From: Christensenella sp. UBA767
GTDB lineage: Bacteria; Bacillota; Clostridia; Christensenellales; CAG-917
Assembly: GCA_002297185.1 (NCBI GenBank)
Contig: DBJV01000087.1
Span: forward strand, 1-37,476
Reading direction: 5' to 3'
Length of the DNA: 37,476 nucleotides
This document shows, in pieces, positions 32,682 through 37,476 of the stretch. The notes beneath the pieces were generated by a model. It was not told where the DNA came from. It ran no database searches and worked only from the letters and a program-made list of their open reading frames with translations. Every line of letters starts with the position of its first letter. Position 1 is the first letter of the stretch. A program made the position numbers and the translations under genes.

Positions 32682-32921
32682 ATGAAAGTTACAGTGTGTA
32701 TCGGCAGTTCCTGCCACATCAAAGGATCGAGACAAGTCGTCGAACAATTGCAATATCTCATCGCTCAAAACAACCTCAAAGAAAAGGTTGAACTCGGCGG
32801 AACGTTTTGTATGGGTAAGTGCCAACAAGGCGTTTGCGTGACGGTTGACGATGCGTTCTTCTCGCTCACTCCCGACACTACCAAAGAATTCTTTGAAAAA
32901 GAAATACTTGCAAAGGCGTAA
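32682..32921 (+). CDS. Thioredoxin-like [2Fe-2S] ferredoxin domain protein (79 aa)
   Basis: CIGSSC (Cx4C) and CMGKC (Cx3C), the NuoE/HndA-type pattern. Confidence 0.65.
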   Translation: MKVTVCIGSSCHIKGSRQVVEQLQYLIAQNNLKEKVELGGTFCMGKCQQGVCVTVDDAFFSLTPDTTKEFFEKEILAKA

Positions 32922-32925
32922 GGAT

Positions 32926-33189
32926 ATGGTTATAATACAGATTTGTGTCGGCAGTTCCTGTCATCTCAAAGGCTCGCAGGAAATCGTGGAGTTGCTACGC
33001 AAGGAAATTGCGCAGAGAAATCTCGAAGGCGACGTCGTGCTTACGGGCAGTTTCTGTTTCGGAAAATGCAACAGGGTTGGCGTGACGGTGGCTGTCGATG
33101 ACGATATATATCCCGGAATTACCATTGAGAATTTCCAAGAATTCTTCAAGGATAAAGTCTTGTCTCGCATAGAGGCAGGCAGGAGTTGA
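32926..33189 (+). CDS. Thioredoxin-like [2Fe-2S] ferredoxin domain protein (87 aa), tandem paralogue
   Basis: The ATG at 32926 lies 4 nt after the previous stop. CVGSSC and CFGKC have the same spacing as the neighbour. Confidence 0.65.
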   Translation: MVIIQICVGSSCHLKGSQEIVELLRKEIAQRNLEGDVVLTGSFCFGKCNRVGVTVAVDDDIYPGITIENFQEFFKDKVLSRIEAGRS

Positions 33190-33190
33190 T

Positions 33191-34864
33191 ATGGATTGTC
33201 TTACTCTGAAAAAGTCAAACTGTAAGAACTGTTACAAGTGCATCCGACATTGCCCGGTTAAAGCTATACGCTTTTCGGGCAATCAGGCGCACATCATAGG
33301 CAATGAGTGCATTTTATGCGGTCATTGCTTTGTCGTTTGTCCCCAAAACGCAAAAGAGATTGCAAGCGAAGTGGAAAAGGTCAAGGTGCTTATCCATTCG
33401 GGCGAACCCGTTTACGTGTCGCTTGCTCCGTCCTTCGTGGCAAACTACGAGGGCGTGGGAATAGGCGCAATGAGAGATGCTCTCAAAAAACTCGGATTTG
33501 CCGACGTCGAGGAAACCGCAATCGGCGCGACGATGGTCAAAAACGAGTACGAGAGAATGATTGAGAAGGAAAAGAGAGACGTTATTATTTCCTCTTGCTG
33601 CCACTCGATCAATTTGCTCATTCAAAAATATTTCCCGTCGCTTTTGCCGTACCTTGCCGACGTTATGTCGCCTATGCAAGCGCATTGCGCGGATATCAAA
33701 AAGAGATATCCGGGCGCAAAGACCGTGTTTATCGGTCCGTGCGTTGCAAAGAAGGACGAGGCACAGCACTATGAGGGAATAGTTGACGCGGTTTTGACTT
33801 ATGAAGAGTTGACGGAATGGCTTTCCTCTGAAGGTATCGAACTCAAAAAAGAGATGGATAGCAACAGAGAAAGCAGAGCGAGATTCTTCCCCACGACGGG
33901 CGGGATTCTCAAAACTATGAAACTCAATCAACCCGGTTACGATTATATGGCAATCGACGGCGTTGAGAATTGTATTGCCGCTCTCAAAGACATAGAGCAA
34001 GGCAACATTCACCACACGTTCATAGAAATGTCGTCGTGCGTGGGCAGTTGCGTGGGCGGCCCCGTTATGGAAAAATATCATCCCTCGCCCGTGAGAGAGT
34101 ATCTTGCGGTGGCGAAATATGCAGGGGATAAGGACTTCAAGGTGGAGCAACCCAACCAAGAAGACATAAGAAAATATTTCTCCGAAATTGAAAGAAAGAA
34201 TCAAGTTCCCACCGAGGCGGAAATCGCTGCGACGTTGCGAAAAATGGGCAAGATAAGCAAACGCGACGAACTCAATTGCGGAAGTTGCGGATACAACACT
34301 TGCCGTGAAAAAGCAATTGCGATTTTGCAAGGCAAAGCGGAAGTGTCCATGTGCTTGCCGTACCTTCAAAAGAAGGCGGAAGGATTCTCGGACAGAATCG
34401 TCAACAACACGCCAAACGGCATCATCGTGCTTAACGACGCTTTTGAAGTGCAACAGATAAATCAGGCGGCGATGGATCTTATGAATATCCGTTCCGCAAC
34501 CGACGTTCTCGGCGAGCAAGTGGTGCGTATTATGGATCCGCAAGTTTTCCTCGAAGTGAAGAAAACGAGGTTTAACGTGCGCAATCGCAGGGTTTATCTT
34601 GCGGAATATAAAAGATACGTGGAACTTACGGTTGTTTATGACTTCGACAATCGCCTCTATATCGGCATCATGAGAGATATCACCGACGAGGAAAAACAGA
34701 AAGAGAAAAAGGAGTCTATAAGCAGACAAACCATAGAGACGGCAGACAAAGTCGTTGACAAGCAAATGCGTATCGTGCAGGAGATTGCGTCCCTTTTGGG
34801 CGAGACTGCTGCCGAAACCAAGATTGCTTTGACCAAACTCAAGGAGTCCATCAAAGATGAATGA
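33191..34864 (+). CDS. hydS: Sensory-type [FeFe] hydrogenase homologue with PAS domain (HydS / HfsB-like, group C)
   Basis: N-terminal 2x[4Fe-4S] ferredoxin motifs (CKNCYKCIRHCP, CILCGHCFVVCP). H-domain motifs SSCCHS, GPCVAKKDE and EMSSCVGSCVGGP. An extra CGSCGYNTC-x16-C (Cx2Cx4Cx16C). A C-terminal PAS-like region (NTPNGIIVLNDAFEVQQINQAAMDLMNI). Confidence 0.8.
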   Translation: MDCLTLKKSNCKNCYKCIRHCPVKAIRFSGNQAHIIGNECILCGHCFVVCPQNAKEIASEVEKVKVLIHSGEPVYVSLAPSFVANYEGVGIGAMRDALKKLGFADVEETAIGATMVKNEYERMIEKEKRDVIISSCCHSINLLIQKYFPSLLPYLADVMSPMQAHCADIKKRYPGAKTVFIGPCVAKKDEAQHYEGIVDAVLTYEELTEWLSSEGIELKKEMDSNRESRARFFPTTGGILKTMKLNQPGYDYMAIDGVENCIAALKDIEQGNIHHTFIEMSSCVGSCVGGPVMEKYHPSPVREYLAVAKYAGDKDFKVEQPNQEDIRKYFSEIERKNQVPTEAEIAATLRKMGKISKRDELNCGSCGYNTCREKAIAILQGKAEVSMCLPYLQKKAEGFSDRIVNNTPNGIIVLNDAFEVQQINQAAMDLMNIRSATDVLGEQVVRIMDPQVFLEVKKTRFNVRNRRVYLAEYKRYVELTVVYDFDNRLYIGIMRDITDEEKQKEKKESISRQTIETADKVVDKQMRIVQEIASLLGETAAETKIALTKLKESIKDE

Positions 34865-36029
34865 TTTGTGCGCCGATATCGGTTATAAAAGTATAAATCA
34901 CTTCGGCGAGCAATTGTGCGGCGACCACGTGGATATCGTCAATCAAGACGAAAATTCCACGGTTATCGTGCTTGCGGACGGCTTGGGGAGCGGCGTTAAG
35001 GCGAGCATTCTTTCCACGCTTACGAGCAAAATCATCTCGACGATGATGGCGGAGGGGCTTACCCTCGAAGATTGCGTGGAGACGATTGCCGCAACTTTGC
35101 CCATATGTTCGGTGAGAGGCGTTGCGTATTCGACGTTTACAATCGTGCATATCGTAAACAACAGAGACGCGGAGATTATCCAGTACGACAATCCGCAAGT
35201 CATACTTTTGCGTGACGGACAAAATTACGATTTCCCCAAAACCGAAATGGTGATTGGCGGAAAGAAGATTTTTAAATCCGTCGTGCCGCTTATGGAGAAC
35301 GATATTTTCATTCTTATGAGCGACGGTTGTCCGCATGCGGGGCTTGGGCTTTCCTACAACTTCGGTTGGAAGAGAGAGGACATCATATCCTTTATGGAGA
35401 GCATAAGCCTTGTGGGATACACCGCAAAGACGCTTTCCACGATTTTGGTGGACGAGTGCAACAAACTTTACGGCGAAAAACCCGGCGACGACGCTACGGC
35501 GTGCGTTATCAGAATACGTAAGCGCGAGCCTATGAATATTTTGTTCGGGCCGCCGTCAAATCGCGACGATTGCGACAGAATGATGTCCTTGTTCTTCTCA
35601 AAAGAGGGCAAGCATATCGTGTGCGGAGGCACGACGTCGTCTATCGCCGCAAAATACCTCGGAAAACAATTGCGGACGACGCTCAACTTCGAGTCGTCGG
35701 ACGTTCCGCCGATATCCGAAATCGAGGGCGTGGATCTCGTTACGGAAGGCGTTATAACGATGAACAAAGTGCTTACTTACGCAAAGGATTATCTCGAAGA
35801 TAACGAAAGCTACGAGCAATGGAGTTTCAAGCGCGACGGTGCGTCGCTTATGTCGAGATTGCTCTTCGAAGAGGCTACGGATATCAATTTCTTTGTGGGA
35901 AGAGCCATCAACCCTGCGCACCAAAACCCCGATTTGCCCATCAATTTCAGCATCAAAATGAACCTCGTAAAAGAACTTAGCGAGTGCCTTATTAAGATGG
36001 GTAAGCGAGTTAAGGTGAGTTATTTCTAA
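34857..36029 (+). CDS. PP2C/SpoIIE-family protein phosphatase with an uncharacterised C-terminal domain
   Basis: The ATG overlaps the hydS stop by 8 nt. GDHVDIV...VIVLADGLGSGVKAS...ILMSDGCPHAG are PP2C metal-binding motifs. About 170 C-terminal residues have no motif I recognise. Confidence 0.75.
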   Translation: MNDLCADIGYKSINHFGEQLCGDHVDIVNQDENSTVIVLADGLGSGVKASILSTLTSKIISTMMAEGLTLEDCVETIAATLPICSVRGVAYSTFTIVHIVNNRDAEIIQYDNPQVILLRDGQNYDFPKTEMVIGGKKIFKSVVPLMENDIFILMSDGCPHAGLGLSYNFGWKREDIISFMESISLVGYTAKTLSTILVDECNKLYGEKPGDDATACVIRIRKREPMNILFGPPSNRDDCDRMMSLFFSKEGKHIVCGGTTSSIAAKYLGKQLRTTLNFESSDVPPISEIEGVDLVTEGVITMNKVLTYAKDYLEDNESYEQWSFKRDGASLMSRLLFEEATDINFFVGRAINPAHQNPDLPINFSIKMNLVKELSECLIKMGKRVKVSYF

Positions 36030-36068
36030 AAAAGTAGCAAAAAATTGCAAAAACAGGCACAAAAAGAA

Positions 36069-36096
36069 TTGTTTTGAGTGTGTTTTGGTATATAAT
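36069..36096 (+). promoter_or_regulatory. Possible promoter of the downstream hydrogenase gene
   Basis: TTGTTT (36069-36074), 16-nt spacer, TATAAT (36091-36096). The RBS GAAGGTG precedes the ATG at 36122. Confidence 0.4.
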
Positions 36097-36121
36097 ACGG
36101 CAAGACAAAAGAAGGTGCAGA

Positions 36122-37476
36122 ATGAGAATATTCGATACAAAAGTTCAACACTTGAAATACAAAGTATTGCGTGAGGTCGCTCGCGAGGCGTGGGAAGATA
36201 GGCTGGATAAGACCGCTATAGACATCCCCAAAAAGATTGTCCCCGGAAAAGTGCCGACCATGCGTTGCTGCGTGTATAAAGAGCGTGCAATTTTGCTTGA
36301 ACGCGTCAAACTCGCGATGGGCGGAGATAAGGAAAATCCAAACGTCATCGAGGTTATCGACATCGCTTGCGACGAGTGTCCGATGGGCGGATACGAAGTT
36401 ACGGGCGCATGCAGAGGCTGTCTTGCTCATAGATGCGAGGACGTGTGTAAATTCGGCGCAATTACGTTCGACGCGCAACACGTGGCGCATATCGACAAGT
36501 CCAAGTGCAAAGAGTGCGGCGCGTGCGCAAAGGTATGCCCGTACAGCGCAATCACCAATAATAAACGTCCCTGCGAGAGAGCGTGCAAGGTCAAGGCTAT
36601 CACGATGGATGAGGAATACGCCGCAAAAATCGACAATTCCAAGTGCATTGCGTGCGGCGCTTGCGTGTATCAATGCCCGTGGGGTGCGATTTCCGATAAA
36701 TCCTATATCCTCGACGTTATCGACTTGATAAAGAAGAGCGAGAATAACACCAAGTACAAACTTTACGCGGTCGTTGCGCCGTCTATATCGAGCCAGTTTA
36801 CCTACGCAAAACTCGGTCAGGTTATTACGGGACTTAAAAAACTCGGTTTCTATACCGTAATCGAGGCGGCTCTCGGCGCAGATATGGTTGCGCTTGCAGA
36901 AGGCAAAGAGTTGGCGGAAAAAGGTTTCCTCACAAGTTCGTGCTGCCCGGCGTTCGTGGCATACATCAAAAAGAATTTCCCCGCACTTCAACAACACGTG
37001 TCGGGCAATCTCTCGCCGATGGCTACACTTGCTAAATACATCAAGGACACCACTCCCGACGCAAAAGTCGTGTTTATCGGTCCTTGCACCGCAAAGAAAA
37101 TGGAAATCAAGGACGAAAGAGTCAAACCTTACGTCGATTCCGTCCTCACTTTCGAGGAATTGCAAGCGCTTTTCGACAGCAGAGACTTCGATATCACCAC
37201 GCTCGAAGAAGGAGTGCTTGACAATGCGTCCTACTTCGGAAGAATATTCGCTCGTAGCGGCGGTTTGAGCGATGCCGTAAGACAATCGCTCAAAGAGCAA
37301 AACATCGATTTCGACCTCAAGCCCTGCTCTTGCGACGGCATAGAAGAGTGCAAAATCGCGCTCCTCAAAAAGAGCAAAAATCTCCTCGACGCCAACTTTA
37401 TCGAGGGTATGGCTTGCACCGGCGGTTGCATCGGCGGCGCAGGTTGTCTCACTCACGGCGAGAAGAACAAAGCCGA
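36122..37476 (+). CDS. [FeFe] hydrogenase, catalytic type with multiple N-terminal Fe-S motifs (partial; runs off the window end)
   Basis: Not in the ORF track because there is no stop before the window end. My own translation is MRIFDTKVQHLKYKVLREVAREAWEDRLD... It contains Cys clusters CKECGACAKVCP and CIACGACVYQCP, and H-cluster motifs TSSCCP, GPCTAKKME and EGMACTGGCIGG. The 476-aa minus-strand ORF opposite is a shadow. Confidence 0.85.
   Translation, partial: MRIFDTKVQHLKYKVLREVAREAWEDRLDKTAIDIPKKIVPGKVPTMRCCVYKERAILLERVKLAMGGDKENPNVIEVIDIACDECPMGGYEVTGACRGCLAHRCEDVCKFGAITFDAQHVAHIDKSKCKECGACAKVCPYSAITNNKRPCERACKVKAITMDEEYAAKIDNSKCIACGACVYQCPWGAISDKSYILDVIDLIKKSENNTKYKLYAVVAPSISSQFTYAKLGQVITGLKKLGFYTVIEAALGADMVALAEGKELAEKGFLTSSCCPAFVAYIKKNFPALQQHVSGNLSPMATLAKYIKDTTPDAKVVFIGPCTAKKMEIKDERVKPYVDSVLTFEELQALFDSRDFDITTLEEGVLDNASYFGRIFARSGGLSDAVRQSLKEQNIDFDLKPCSCDGIEECKIALLKKSKNLLDANFIEGMACTGGCIGGAGCLTHGEKNKA

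Overview
This looks like a chromosomal segment from a strictly anaerobic, fermentative Firmicutes/Clostridia-like bacterium. That inference rests on Gram-positive-type lipoboxes, two [FeFe] hydrogenase genes, rubrerythrin, AdhE and a class III RNR-type activase. No rRNA, tRNA, CRISPR array, transposase or integrase is visible. I support about 31 CDS: GH13 amylase-family enzyme, NrdG-like radical SAM activase, an oversized MFS transporter, rubrerythrin, Mrp/ApbC, a C_GCAxxG_C_C protein, an ATL/MGMT-like protein, phosphoglucomutase, VanW, BirA-BioY, two DUF2804-like paralogues, an LCAT-like lipase lipoprotein, a ferritin-like protein, a bPH_2/zinc-ribbon membrane protein, a domain-permuted GH3, and the adhE-to-hydrogenase cluster. 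Three things stand out. (1) At 29.2-37.5 kb, adhE heads a tightly packed or overlapping gene string: APH-fold kinase, two thioredoxin-like [2Fe-2S] ferredoxins, a PAS-containing sensory-type [FeFe] hydrogenase (HydS-like), a PP2C/SpoIIE phosphatase, and then a catalytic-type [FeFe] hydrogenase. This is my best candidate for a poorly described H2-sensing phospho-regulatory system wired directly to ethanol fermentation. (2) Five intergenic tracts (about 7.9-8.3, 10.4-10.7, 11.0-11.45, 22.4-22.7 and 26.1-26.5 kb, plus the window start) are filled with a modular mosaic repeat family built from very short triloop hairpins. It includes 22-nt-periodic AATATCACT+hairpin arrays, a TGTCATT... module with compensatory stem changes, a 79-nt module whose copies differ only in predicted loops, and a G/C-free (ATTA/TAAT)n module. 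(3) Visibly AT-rich cassettes each carry a small XRE regulator, and two of them are bracketed by near-identical copies of an intrinsic terminator. Everything here comes from reading the sequence and the ORF track. No GC statistics, database searches or folding computations were run, and family names come from motif recognition.
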